Assembly: GCA_963833985.1 (NCBI GenBank)
Contig: CAWIAD010000001.1
Span: 1,696,001-1,760,000 of the forward strand
Direction of reading: 5' to 3'
Origin: an uncultured Planctomycetaceae bacterium
Lineage (GTDB): Bacteria > Planctomycetota > Planctomycetia > Isosphaerales > Isosphaeraceae
DNA: 64,000 nt
This document shows, piece by piece, positions 24,427-34,883 of this stretch. A program made the translations under genes and the position numbers. The number at the start of each line of letters is the position of its first letter. The first letter of the stretch is position 1. The notes beneath the pieces are model-generated. The model was not told the DNA's origin. It saw only the letters and a program-made list of their open reading frames with translations, and searched no databases.

Positions 24427-26105
24427 ACGACGGGCCGGAGGAAGAGAAAAAACGGATGCAGGGCGAGAGCCAACCCGACTTGCCACCGCTTCCAAAGGGA
24501 TGGATCTGGGAGAGTCTCGAAACCATCTCACAAATCGACGGCGGCATTACAAAAGACCAGAAGCGCCGTTCGGCGGCTACAGCCAGGGAAGTTCCGTACC
24601 TCCGGGTGGCAAACGTGCAGCGCGGCTTCCTCGACCTGCGCGAGATCAAGACAATCGTGGCCGATGAGAAGGAGATTTAAACGCTCCGCCTCCGGTAAGG
24701 GGATGTCTTGTTCACTGAGGGGGGCGACCGAGACAAGTTGGGACGAGGGTGGGTCTGGAACGCGGAGATCAGCGAGTGCATACACCAAAATCACATTTTT
24801 CGTGCGCGTCCAGATGATAAGAGAATCGATCCGAGGTTTCTATCCTATCACGGCAATCACTTCGGACAGGTCTGGTTTACTCGAACCGGCAAGCAAACGA
24901 CGAACCTCGCATCAATTAACAAAAGTGTGTTACGTCGATTTCCAGTTCCCGTTCCCCCCTTGAACGAGCAGCGCCGCATCGACGCCAAGATCGAAGAGCT
25001 TTTCTCCGACCTCGATGCCGGGGTCGCCGCGCTGGAACGGGTGCGAGCGAACCTGAAGCGGTATCGAGCCGCCGTGCTCAAGGCAGCGGTGGAGGGCAAG
25101 CTCACCGAGGAATGGCGGGCGCAGCACCCCGACACCGAACCCGCCTCCGTCCTCCTCGACCGCATCCTCACCGAGCGCCGCCGCCAATGGGAGCAAGCCC
25201 AACTCGCCAAATTCGCCCACGCTGGCAAACAGCCCCCGAAGGGGTGGCAAGCGAAATATGAGGAACCGGACCCGCCGGATGCTCGTGGCCTTCCCTCGTT
25301 GCCAGGGGTATGGCGATGGATGAGGCTCGATTCGCTCGCCTCAATAGAGGGAGGGACCACGAAGGATCAAAAGCGGGCTCGCACTCCGACTACCTGAGAA
25401 GTGCCCTACCTGCGAGTCGCGAATGTCGAGCGTGGGCGATTGGAGCTTGGTGAGATCAAGACAATTCTTGCTGATCAGAAGGAGATTGAGGCTTTGCGAC
25501 TTATGAAGGGCGATGTCTTATTCACCGAAGGCGGAGACCGAGACAAACTTGGAAGAGGCTGGGTTTGGAACGAGGAAATCCCTGAGTGTATTCACCAGAA
25601 CCACGTCTTCAGGGCAAGGCTCATCGATGGGTCAGCAGAGCCGAAGCTCGTCTCTTATCACGGGAACTCTTTCGGACAGGAGTGGTTCACGAAAAACGGA
25701 AAACAAACGACCAACCTGGCCTCGATCAACAAGGGCATCTTGAGCCGTTTCCCCATCCCAGTTCCTCCAGCCCAGGAACAAGCACAGATCGTTGCCGAGG
25801 TTGAGCGCCGCTTATCAATCGTTGACAGGATCGAAGCCCAGGTGAACGCCAACTTGAAGCGTGCCGCTCGACTGCGCCAGGGCATCCTGAAACGAGCCTT
25901 CGAGGGCCGCCTTGTGCCGCAAGACCCGACCGACGAGCCCGCCGACAAGCTCCTGGAACGCATCCGTCAACAGAGACACACGCCGAAAGCTGCCACAAAG
26001 AGCCGCGCGGACTCACGTCGTCGGCGCTCGCCCGTCGATGTACAATCGGAGATGCCATTTTTCGACGAAGGAACTCGAGCCATCCGGAAAGGGGGAACAC
26101 CATGA
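24423..26105 (+). pseudogene. hsdS: Type I specificity subunit S with three in-frame stops
   Basis: LPKGWIW, PVPPLNEQRRI, LRQGILKRAFEGRLVPQDP; ORFs 24423, 24708 and 25401 share one frame, with TAA 24678, TAA 24696 and TGA 25395. Confidence 0.9.
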
Positions 26106-27052
26106 GCAATCGCATCGAGAAGGTTGTGCTCTCCAGCCCCCATCCGCATGGGGATCGACTGCCCCCCCACGCCGTGGGCCAGGCGCTGGTGTTGGTCCCT
26201 GAGCTAGTGCGGCAGTCGGTCGACATGGTGTTCCGGGGACAGAGCGCTCCCAGGGGCAGACGCCCCCACTGGCTCAAGGCTGCCGCGGATATCGCGCTCG
26301 TGGATGTGTCGGGAGGCGAGACCTCGGTCCTCACTTTCGAAGCCCCGACCTTGGGCGAGGCCGCGCCGGAGTTGTACTGGCAGGGGGAATTCCCGTGGAC
26401 CGACCAGCCGGATGCAGCGGACACCGGCTTCGACCTCCTCGGAGACGTTCTGACGGACGTAGCCCGCGAGAATGCCGAGAGCGATCGCTTCGATGCGCCG
26501 CTTTTGGAGAGACTGGGCGAGACGCGCAGGATTTTCAACGGTGCCTATTCCGAGCTCGCGATCATCAGCCACCGCCACGGAGTCGATGACCCCGCCTTGC
26601 TGAATCCCGCCAACCTCGAAATCGCCCGGCAGCTTCACGACCGCACGCCCCGCCCGCAGGCCGCCATCATCGTCGGCAAGCTCGACATGATGCGCCAGAG
26701 CACGCAGACGTTCGCGCTGATCATGGACGATGGTCAGGAAGTGCGTTGCGTGCTGCTGGATGACGATGTCGAGATGTTGAAGCCGCTATTCAATCAGCGC
26801 GTCGCCGTCTCAGGCCGCGTCGTTTTCCGCGTCTCGGGCCGAATCCTGCGGATGGAGGCGGAATCCGTTCGACTTGCCGTGCCTACAGACGCTTTCTTCG
26901 CCCGTCTGCCCCGCCCCAACGCCCAGAGATTCGACCTCCGGCGCATGGTCCGCGAACAAGGCTCCAAGCGCGGCCTCGCCGCGATCATGGGGAAGTGGCC
27001 GGGTGACGAGACCGACGAGGAGATCGACCAGTGGCTCCGGGAAATCAGTTGA
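26102..27052 (+). CDS. Hypothetical 316-aa protein, putative OB-fold C-terminal region, candidate antitoxin
   Basis: ATGA overlap with the hsdS stop; IVGKLD...FNQRVAVSGRV beta pattern; acidic tail GKWPGDETDEEIDQWL; sits directly before the PIN gene. Confidence 0.65.
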   Translation: MSNRIEKVVLSSPHPHGDRLPPHAVGQALVLVPELVRQSVDMVFRGQSAPRGRRPHWLKAAADIALVDVSGGETSVLTFEAPTLGEAAPELYWQGEFPWTDQPDAADTGFDLLGDVLTDVARENAESDRFDAPLLERLGETRRIFNGAYSELAIISHRHGVDDPALLNPANLEIARQLHDRTPRPQAAIIVGKLDMMRQSTQTFALIMDDGQEVRCVLLDDDVEMLKPLFNQRVAVSGRVVFRVSGRILRMEAESVRLAVPTDAFFARLPRPNAQRFDLRRMVREQGSKRGLAAIMGKWPGDETDEEIDQWLREIS

Positions 27053-27062
27053 TGGCCGTCCC

Positions 27063-27497
27063 GTGACCTACCTTCTCGACACGAACATCATCATTCACCT
27101 GATACGTAAGTCGACCCTCGGGCTCGATGTCGATCGCGCTTACAGTCTCACGGCCTCGAGAACGAGAAACCTCATCAGCGTGGTCTCCGTGGGGGAACTG
27201 CTTTCGTTCGCCACGCGGCGGAACTGGGGAGCCGGGAAGATTTCAGCCCTGGAGGATGCCCTGGGGGAGCTTCTTTGGATTGACATCAACGACCGGGCCG
27301 TTCTTGAGTCCTATGCCCAGATCGAAGCGTTTACCCTGTCAAGCGGACGGAAGCTGGGGCAGAACGACCTATGGATCGCAGCATCCACGGCCGTCACTGG
27401 ATCGACCTTGTTGACGACCGACCGTGACTTCGACCACTTGAATGATTCGAAACTGCAACGAATCTGGATCGATCCGAACCAAGGCAAGACGCCATGA
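27063..27497 (+). CDS. vapC: PIN-domain (VapC-like) ribonuclease toxin
   Basis: YLLDTNII, VSVGEL, NDLWIAA, LLTTDRDF. Confidence 0.88.
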   Translation: MTYLLDTNIIIHLIRKSTLGLDVDRAYSLTASRTRNLISVVSVGELLSFATRRNWGAGKISALEDALGELLWIDINDRAVLESYAQIEAFTLSSGRKLGQNDLWIAASTAVTGSTLLTTDRDFDHLNDSKLQRIWIDPNQGKTP

Positions 27498-27879
27498 GCA
27501 CCGACACCCAGCAAGTCGTCAGCAAAGTCTGGAACTTCGCCCACGTGCTCCGGGACGAGGGCTTGAGCGACATGGCCTACGTCGAGCAGATCACCTTTCT
27601 GCTGTTCCTCAAGATGGCGGACGAGCAGACGAAGCCGCCCTATCATCGCAAGCCGATCGTGCTGCCCGGCTGCGCCAGGGCATCCTGAAACGGGACTTCG
27701 AGGGCCGCCTCGTGCCTCAAGACCCCACCGACGAGTCCGCCGATAAGCTCCTGGATCGCATCCAGCTCCGGGGAGCGGGAGCACTCCCTGTCACGATCGG
27801 TCGTCAGAAGCGATCGCGGAGCCCGTTGCGAAACAGTTCCAAGGGTCACGCACTCCGGCCTCGGGGTGAGGACAAATGA
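27494..27879 (+). pseudogene. Chimera of hsdM 5' fragment (27494-27662) and hsdS 3' fragment (27658-27879)
   Basis: MSTDTQQVVSKVWNFAHVLRD...RKPIV, then RAARLRQGILKRDFEGRLVPQDPTDE in another frame; joined at CGTGC, present in both parents. Confidence 0.9.
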
Positions 27880-28272
27880 TGAGTCATGAGGTCGAAATTG
27901 AGTGCGGCGATGTTCCGCGATCAGGACGACCTTCCTTCCGGGGTCATCTGTCCCTGGAATTGACTGGGGTTGGCCCGCGGAACTCCCTTGACCTCCTCGA
28001 CGATGAGCTGGGCGACCGGCATCCCGGGCCGAAGCAGGATGTTGGTCGGGCCCAGGTTGATCATCTCCAGTGTAAGCGTCCCTGCGAATCCAGGGTGGAC
28101 CGTCGGGGCGGTGAAGTGGTGTGCGTGAGCAGGCTAAGCGACGCGAAATCAGCGATTCCTGAGCAACATCGCTGAGGGTACCAACAAAATTCCCCTCGAA
28201 GAGCCTGGTCACTTGATCAAGCTTCCCGAGGGGTGTACTCCGTGGTTTACCACAACAGCGGAGTACTCGACC

Positions 28273-28857
28273 ATGTATCATGATTTACCCCGGACCGCCA
28301 GGCTCTGGTCGTTTCTTTGGGCTGTCGACCAGCATCTCGCAGAGGAAACCCGCAAGCAAGCATGTTCATGTGGCGGCCGCCTGCACGCCGCCAACTATCT
28401 CCGCAAGCCACGCGGCACTGCCGTCCAGCTACCCGAGCAAGAATGCCTCAGACTGAGCTTCTGCTGCGATCGCGAGGGCTGCAGGAAGAGAGTCACACCG
28501 CCGTCGGTGCGCTTCCTGGGCCGCAAGGTCTACCTGGGCGCGATCGTGATCCTCATCAGCGCCATGCGGCAGGGACCCTCGCCACGCCGCGTCCGCGAGC
28601 TTTCCACACGCTTCGGCGCCGACCGCCGGACCATCGCCCGCTGGCAGGTCTTCTGGCGCGAACGCTTTCCTCAGACACCATTCTGGAAGGTTGCAGGCGC
28701 CCGGTTGGTGCCGGTCCTGGAGATCCTCTCCCTTCCCTACTCACTTGTCGACGCCTTCCTCTCCCGCCATCGCATCTGCAAAGGGTGGACGCTCCTGCTG
28801 CGGTTTCTCGCACCGATCACGATCCCCGGCGGCCTGCGAATCGAGGTCTCGCGATGA
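28273..28857 (+). CDS. Transposon accessory protein, Cys-rich zinc-ribbon/HTH-like
   Basis: CSCGGRLH...SFCCDREGCRKR; ELSTRFGADRRTIARW HTH-like segment. Confidence 0.7.
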   Translation: MYHDLPRTARLWSFLWAVDQHLAEETRKQACSCGGRLHAANYLRKPRGTAVQLPEQECLRLSFCCDREGCRKRVTPPSVRFLGRKVYLGAIVILISAMRQGPSPRRVRELSTRFGADRRTIARWQVFWRERFPQTPFWKVAGARLVPVLEILSLPYSLVDAFLSRHRICKGWTLLLRFLAPITIPGGLRIEVSR

Positions 28858-28953
28858 TCGCTTTCCACCCGCAGAAGATGCTCGTCGCCGATTTTGATCC
28901 GCCGATTTATAGAGGTTGTCACGGTCCCTTCACCCGACTTGTGAGGAGATGTG

Positions 28954-30427
28954 ATGACTCAAAGACACCCCTGTTCAACCGCTGCCTTGTGGGCACGGTT
29001 TCGGTTCTCCGTGGTGGGCTCGCTCCTGAGCTCTCCCCCTGCGCGGATCGCTTCAGACAGCGATCTGCTCCCTTGCCGAAAAGACCTGGTCGCATCCTGT
29101 GACGGGGCGCGATGTCCGCGTCGCGGCCGCCACCATCGCGCGCTGGTACTACACGGCGCTCCACCAGCCTGACGACCCGGTCGCCGCCTTGCGTCGTGCC
29201 GTGCGGAAAGACTGCGGAAAGATCTCGCTGGCGGCGACCCTCGCCGAGCGACTCCATCTCCAGTATCGCGATCACACGGACTGGAGCTATCAACTGCACT
29301 ACGACAACCTCGCCGCGCTCTTGAAGGCCGATCCCTCACTGGGGCGGCTCCCCTCCTATTCCACGATCAAGCGTTTCATGCAGGCTCACGGCCTGGTGCG
29401 CAGACCGAGGCTCCGGCCCGGCGGACGCCCTGGCGAAGTCCGCGCCCAAGAGAGGCGTCAGACACGGGAAATCCGCAGCTACGAAGCCACCCATGTCGGA
29501 GCGCTCTGGCATCTCGATTTCCACCACGGATCGCTCAAGGTGCTCACTCCCGGCGGCCAGTGGCTGCGGCCAATCGCGCTGGGCATCCTCGATGACCACT
29601 CACGACTGTGCTGCCACGTTCAGTGGTATCTCTCGGAGACCGCCGAGGACCTGGTGCACGGACTCTCCCAGGCGATCCAGAAACGGGGCCTGCCGCGTGC
29701 GCTGTTGACCGATAACGGCTCCGCGATGGTGGCCGAGGAAGTCACCGAAGGGCTCTTGCGTCTGGGCATCGTCGCAGAGCGAACGCTCCCTTATAGCCCG
29801 TATCAAAACGGCAAGCAGGAGGCGTTCTGGGGCACGCTCGAGGGGCGGCTCATGAAGATGCTCGATGGTGTCAGGGAATTGACCCTGGAATTGCTCAATG
29901 AGGCAACCCAGGCCTGGATGGAAATTGAGTACAACCGCGCCGTGCACCGCGAGACCGGCAGCTCGCCGGTCGACCGCTTCGCCAAGGCCCCCGATGTGCT
30001 TCGCTCGAGCCCTTCGAGTGTAGCGCTGCGTGCGGCATTCCGCCTGGAGACCAAGAGGAGCCAGCGTCAAAGCGACGGCACCATCTCACTGGAGGGGAGG
30101 CGCTTCGAGATTCCGGCAAGGTACCGTCACTTCCGCGCAGTGACCGTCCGTTACGCCCGCTGGGACCTCGGCCGGATCGATCTGGTCGACGAGCAAAGTG
30201 GAACCGTCCTGGCTCCCATTTATCCCCTCGACAAAGCCGCCAACGCCGACGGCCGCCGGGCCGTAACCGGGTCCGGTGGCACCGAGGTGCCGTCCCCAGA
30301 GCAGCGGCGCGACGCCGGCGAACTGCCACCCCTCCTGAAAAGGATCCTCCAGGAGTACTCGGCCACGGGCATGCCGCCGGCCTATTTGCCCAGGACATCC
30401 CCGAAAGACAACGGAGAACCCTCATGA
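28954..30427 (+). CDS. DDE integrase/transposase with Mu-like C-terminus (frameshifted near 29050-29100)
   Basis: LWHLDF, ILDDHSR, LTDNGS, PYSPYQNGKQE, YNRAVH, DGTISLEG. Confidence 0.88.
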
Positions 30428-31269
30428 ATAGCAAGAAACTGCTGGCACTCTATGGGCTGAAATGGAACCCGTTTTCACCCGAGCTTCCTCCCGAAGCACT
30501 GCTGGCGCCCCCCAGGATCGAGCAATTTGCCTGGCGCGTGGAACAGCTGGTCCAGGAAGGAGGCTTCGCGCTGATCACGGGTGAGTCGGGCACCGGCAAA
30601 TCGGTGGCGCTGCGGATTGTGGCCGGGCGGCTGGCGGCGCTGCGGGATGTCACCGTCGGTGTGATCGAGCGACCCCAGTCGAAGAGCCCCGACTTCTATC
30701 GGGAGCTGGGGGACATCTTCGCGGTGAAGCTGGCACCGCACAATCGCTGGTGCGGGTTCAAGGCGCTCCGCGAGCGGTGGAAAGCCCACGTGGCCTCCTC
30801 GCGGATCCGCCCGGTGCTGCTGATCGACGAAGCCCAGGAGATGAGCCCTGAGGTCCTCTGCGAGCTGCGTATTCTCTCCAGCGCCGACTTCGATGCCACG
30901 TCGCTTTTGACCGTGATCCTCTCGGGAGATGAACGACTGCTGGAACTGTTGCGGCACGAAGATCTGGTGCCCCTGGGCACCCGGATTCGCACGCGACTGG
31001 TCACCGAGCCCGCCACCCGCGAAGAGCTCCTGGAGTTGCTTCAACACGCGCTGGCCAAGGCCGGCAATGCCGCGCTCATGACGCCCCAGCTCGCAGAGAC
31101 ACTGGTCGACCACAGCGCGGGGAACTACCGTTTGCTCATGATTATGGGAGGTGAGCTCTTGGCCCATGGCATGGCGCACGAAATCGGGCAGCTTGACGAG
31201 AAGTGCTACCTCGAGGTCTATCAGCCGCGAGGCCCGCGCCCCGCGCTGAAGAAGAAAGCGAAGGTGTGA
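30424..31269 (+). CDS. ExeA/TnsC-like AAA ATPase
   Basis: WNPF, Walker A GESGTGKS, Walker B LLIDEAQ; ATGA-coupled to the transposase. Confidence 0.85.
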   Translation: MNSKKLLALYGLKWNPFSPELPPEALLAPPRIEQFAWRVEQLVQEGGFALITGESGTGKSVALRIVAGRLAALRDVTVGVIERPQSKSPDFYRELGDIFAVKLAPHNRWCGFKALRERWKAHVASSRIRPVLLIDEAQEMSPEVLCELRILSSADFDATSLLTVILSGDERLLELLRHEDLVPLGTRIRTRLVTEPATREELLELLQHALAKAGNAALMTPQLAETLVDHSAGNYRLLMIMGGELLAHGMAHEIGQLDEKCYLEVYQPRGPRPALKKKAKV

Positions 31270-31271
31270 CG

Positions 31272-32225
31272 ATGGCGACCAGTGGCGAGCAAGTGCTTCC
31301 GGTGGTGCGTGTGGCCGAGCTTCCCAGCGATGAGCTCGCGGAGCGATGGCTGGTGGAGCAGCTCTGGTGTGCCCACGCGGTGGGCGTCATCGGCGGCGCT
31401 CCGAAGTGCGCCAAGACGTGGCTGGGGCTGGACATGGCCCTCTCCGTAGCCACGGGCACACCATGCCTGGGCAAGTATGCCGTACCGGAGCCGGGACCGG
31501 TTCTGGTTTACCTGGCTGAGGATGCGCTGCGGGCTGTGCGCGAACGTATCGAGGGAATGGCCCGGCATCGCGGTCTGGATCTCGACGAGGTGTCGATCCA
31601 CGTGATCACGGTCCCGGTGCTCCGGCTCGATCACGATCGAGACCGCACGCGGCTGTGGGAGACAGTGCGGGGGCTTCGGCCTCGGCTGCTGGTGCTGGAT
31701 CCCCTGGTGCGACTTCACGGCATCGACGAGAATCATGCTGGCGACGTCGCCGAATTACTCGGGTATCTGCGGTCGTTGCAGCGTCAGCTTGGCCTGGCGG
31801 TTCTGCTGGTGCATCACACGCGGAAGAACGCCGCGGACGGTGTTGCCGCCGGTCAGGGCCTGCGTGGGTCGGGTGACATACATGCCTTCGGCGACTCGAA
31901 CCTGTATCTCCAGCGCACGAAGGAGCACCTGATCCTCTCCAGCGAGCACCGGTCGGCGCCGGCAGTAGCGCCTGTTTATCTGGAGCTGGTCGCCACCGAC
32001 GCGGGGACAGCTCACCTGGAGGTCATCGCAGCGCCTGATGATCGGAACGGGCGCGACCTCGAAGGGCAAGTGCTGAATCTTCTGGCTCAAGGCCGAGTGC
32101 TTACGCGAGCGAGCCTGCGTGATTCGCTGGCGGTGAAGAACGAGCGTTTAGGGACGGTACTGGAGTCACTGGAGCGCGCCGGCAAGATCGGCCGCACAAC
32201 TGGAGGCTGGCGACGTCTCCGCTGA
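31272..32225 (+). CDS. AAA_25 (RepA-like) ATPase with C-terminal wHTH
   Basis: WLVEQLW, GAPKCAKT, YLAED, LVLDP, LVHHTRK, LRGSG. Confidence 0.8.
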   Translation: MATSGEQVLPVVRVAELPSDELAERWLVEQLWCAHAVGVIGGAPKCAKTWLGLDMALSVATGTPCLGKYAVPEPGPVLVYLAEDALRAVRERIEGMARHRGLDLDEVSIHVITVPVLRLDHDRDRTRLWETVRGLRPRLLVLDPLVRLHGIDENHAGDVAELLGYLRSLQRQLGLAVLLVHHTRKNAADGVAAGQGLRGSGDIHAFGDSNLYLQRTKEHLILSSEHRSAPAVAPVYLELVATDAGTAHLEVIAAPDDRNGRDLEGQVLNLLAQGRVLTRASLRDSLAVKNERLGTVLESLERAGKIGRTTGGWRRLR

Positions 32226-32240
32226 TCATCCGGAGCGGAC

Positions 32241-32275
32241 CGTTCCGTTCCCCTTCCGGAGAGGGGAACGGAACG
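32241..32275. repeat. Palindrome after the AAA_25 gene
   Basis: CGTTCCGTTCCCCT-tccggag-AGGGGAACGGAACG; no U-tract. Confidence 0.7.
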
Positions 32276-32772
32276 ATCCTCCTGCAGTGAAATACACCAC
32301 CGATTATCTTGCCCAGATGGCCATCGATTATCGCGGCCACTCTCAAGTGGACGAGAAGTCCTATCCGCGCACGGCTGCTCTTCCCCTCGATCCGGGCCGC
32401 CAGACAGGTTTCCCCGTTCTCTGCGTGATCGATCGGCAGGCTTACATACTCTCGCGTCCGCGCCAGGATGAACTGGTTCGGCTTAAGTGGGTATCCGGTC
32501 GATGCGTTCAGAGAGACACGCTTGGAAATCTTCGTCAGGAAGGGCCCGAGCGGGTCCGATTGGTTCAGATCAAAGGCGAAGGGGCCCCCCTCGGGGATGA
32601 CGATTTCTTCCGCGAGCGACAGATCCACCGAGTGGGTGTCGTAGGGGCAGTATTGATTCGGATCGCTTGGGTCGGGAGATCGTGGGCTCGGTTCCGGCTT
32701 GATGACGAGTCTTCCAGCGTCAAGGGCCCGATGCAATTCGATGTTGGACAGAATCATGCGAGCGGCCCGACC

Positions 32773-33069
32773 TCATACCCCGATTGACTCGGGTGCTTGC
32801 CGGACCTGGTCGAGTCGGACGGAAAGATACTGGCCGTTCTCGATGGTGGTTTGCGGCAGCCTCACCACGATGTTGTTTCCGCTCCGCTGGGTCGTCTGAA
32901 CGGCGAGCCAGCCTTGCGTCGGCTCGTCCTGCGTCGGTTCCTGTTCAAACGACACGTCGTCACGGGAAGAGAACAGGGAGAACCGGCGGCCGTTGAACGA
33001 TTCCACGACAACCGCGAATTCGGAGCTGAATTGGCCGGGGTAAACGAGGCACCGAAGTTCGGCTGTCAT
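32773..33069 (-). CDS. Small hypothetical protein upstream of dCTP deaminase
   Basis: 98 aa, GAGGTGA RBS, 15 bp from the dcd start, same strand. Confidence 0.7.
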   Translation of the reverse strand: MTAELRCLVYPGQFSSEFAVVVESFNGRRFSLFSSRDDVSFEQEPTQDEPTQGWLAVQTTQRSGNNIVVRLPQTTIENGQYLSVRLDQVRQAPESIGV

Positions 33070-33248
33070 GATTCACCTCTCGGCCCCGCTCGATATGGCG
33101 AAGGCCCCAAGCCAGTATGCTCACTGGCTTCTCTTCGCACCAGATGCGATCGGCATTTTTTACAGGCGTCCATGACGATACTCTGATCTTCAAGCAAGGC
33201 AGAGAGTTGCACACTTTCGGACAGATCAATCCCCAAGAGCGAGTAACG

Positions 33249-34739
33249 ATGAGCACCGACACCCAGCAAGTGGTCAGCAAGGCCTGGAACTTCGCCCACG
33301 TCCTCCGGGACGACGGGCTCTCCTACATGGCCTACGTGGAGCAGATCACCTTCCTGCTCTTCCTGAAGATGGCGGATGAGCAGACGAAGCCGCCCTACAA
33401 CCGCAAGCCGATCGTGCCGGCCGGTCATGACTGGGCGAGCCTGCTGGCGAACGAGGGCGATGCCCTGGAGACGCAGTATCGCCACATCCTCGAAAAGCTC
33501 GGCACGCAGCCGGGGATGCTCGGCGAGGTCTTCAAGAAGGCGAAGCCTGAAATTCAAAACCCCGTCACCCTGCGCCGGCTGATCGTCGATCTCATCGAGC
33601 CTGAAAAGTAGCTGTCGATGCAGGCGGATGTGAAGGGCGACATCTACGAAGGGCTGCTGGCCAGGAGCGCCGCGGAGAGCCCCAAGGGGGCAGGGCAGTA
33701 CTTCACGCCCCGCGAACTGATCAAGGCCATCGTGGAATGCGCCCGACCGACCGCGGCCGACACCGTGAGCGACCCCGCCTGCGGCACCGGGGGCTTCCTG
33801 CTGGCCGCCTACGATCACGTGGTGCGGCACGAGAGCAAGGACCTCGACACGGACCAGAAGAAGCACCTGAGGCGGGGTTTTGTGCGGGGCTGGGAACTCG
33901 TGCCGAACACCGCCCGGCTCTGCATCATGAACCTGATGCTCCACGGCATCGACGCCGACCCATGCCCGATCGTCTCAGGCAAGGACAGCCTCGCCAGCCC
34001 GCCCGGCGATAAGGACCGGGCAAGCCTGGTCCTGACCAATCCGCCGTTCGGCAAGAAGTCCACCATGGGGAGCATCAACGAGGAAGGCGACCTCGTGAAG
34101 GACGAAGAGTCCTACGAGCGCCCGGACTTCTGGACGTCGACCAAGAACAAGCAGTTGAACTTCCTCCAGCACGTCAAGAGCCTGCTCGCCGTTCATGGCC
34201 GGTGCGCGATCGTCGTGCCTGACAACGTCCTGTTCGAGGGCGGAGCGGGCGAGACCGTCCGGCGCAAGCTGCTGGAGCAATGCGACGTGCACACCCTGCT
34301 GCGCCTGCCGACCGGCCTCTTCTACGCTCAAGGAGTGAAAGCCAACGTCCTGTTCTTCGACGCCCGGCCCGGCCGCGAAGCGCCCTGGACGGAGGCGCTG
34401 TGGGTCTACGACTACCGCACCAACATCCACCACACGCTCAAGACCAAGCCGCTGAAGCGTTCCGACCTCGACGAGTTCGTGGCCTGCTACCACCCCGAGA
34501 ACCGCCACGAGCGGAAAGCGACCTGGAGCGAGGCCAGCCCCGAGGGGCGCTGGCGCTCGTTCACTTACGAAGAGCTGGCCAGGCGCGACAAGATGAACCT
34601 CGACATCTTCTGGATCAAGGACAAGAGCCTGGAAGACGCCGACAGCCTCCCCGAGCCCGACGAGCTGGCCCAGGAGATCGCCGCCGACCTCCAGGCCGCC
34701 ATGGAGCTATTCGCGACGATCGCCAGTGGGTTGAAGTGA
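33249..34739 (+). pseudogene. hsdM: Type I methyltransferase subunit M with in-frame TAG at 33609
   Basis: EQITFLLFLKM, GQYFTPR, DPACGTGGFL, NPPF; EK*LSMQADVKGDIYEGLL, where the stop probably replaces TGG. Confidence 0.92.
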
Positions 34740-34883
34740 CATACGCACATGTATAAAGACATTGTAATATAATTATCTCAAATCATGTCCTTGAGGTTGC
34801 AAGACGAGGCCGGGCGTTGCGTCAACAATTCGCAAGAGGGAGGATTCATGAAGATAGATTCGCTGAGAACTGAGAACTTTCGT

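Larger units (their letters stand above)
28120..32345 (+). mobile_element. Four-gene DDE transposon (Mu/IS21/IS481-like) with TG...CA ends and 5-bp TSD AGTGG
   Basis: AGTGG at 28115-28119 and 32346-32350; ends TGTGCGTGAG and CCACTCTCA, 15/24 identical as inverted repeats; removal restores dcd. Confidence 0.88.
27921..32757 (-). pseudogene. dcd: dCTP deaminase split by a transposon (parts 32757-32346 and 28114-27921; 201 aa when rejoined)
   Basis: MILSN...SVDLSL...ARIEGKSSRARIGLLVH joins in frame to FTAPTVHPGFAGTLTLEMINLG...PGMPVAQL. Confidence 0.88.

Noticed and set aside
27876..28175. 99-aa plus-strand ORF after the second hsdS tail
   Set aside because: Antisense to the dcd 3' half and crosses the transposon end
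24678..33611. Stop-codon reassignment or readthrough
   Set aside because: Three different stop codons replace different residues, and all three terminate normal genes in the window
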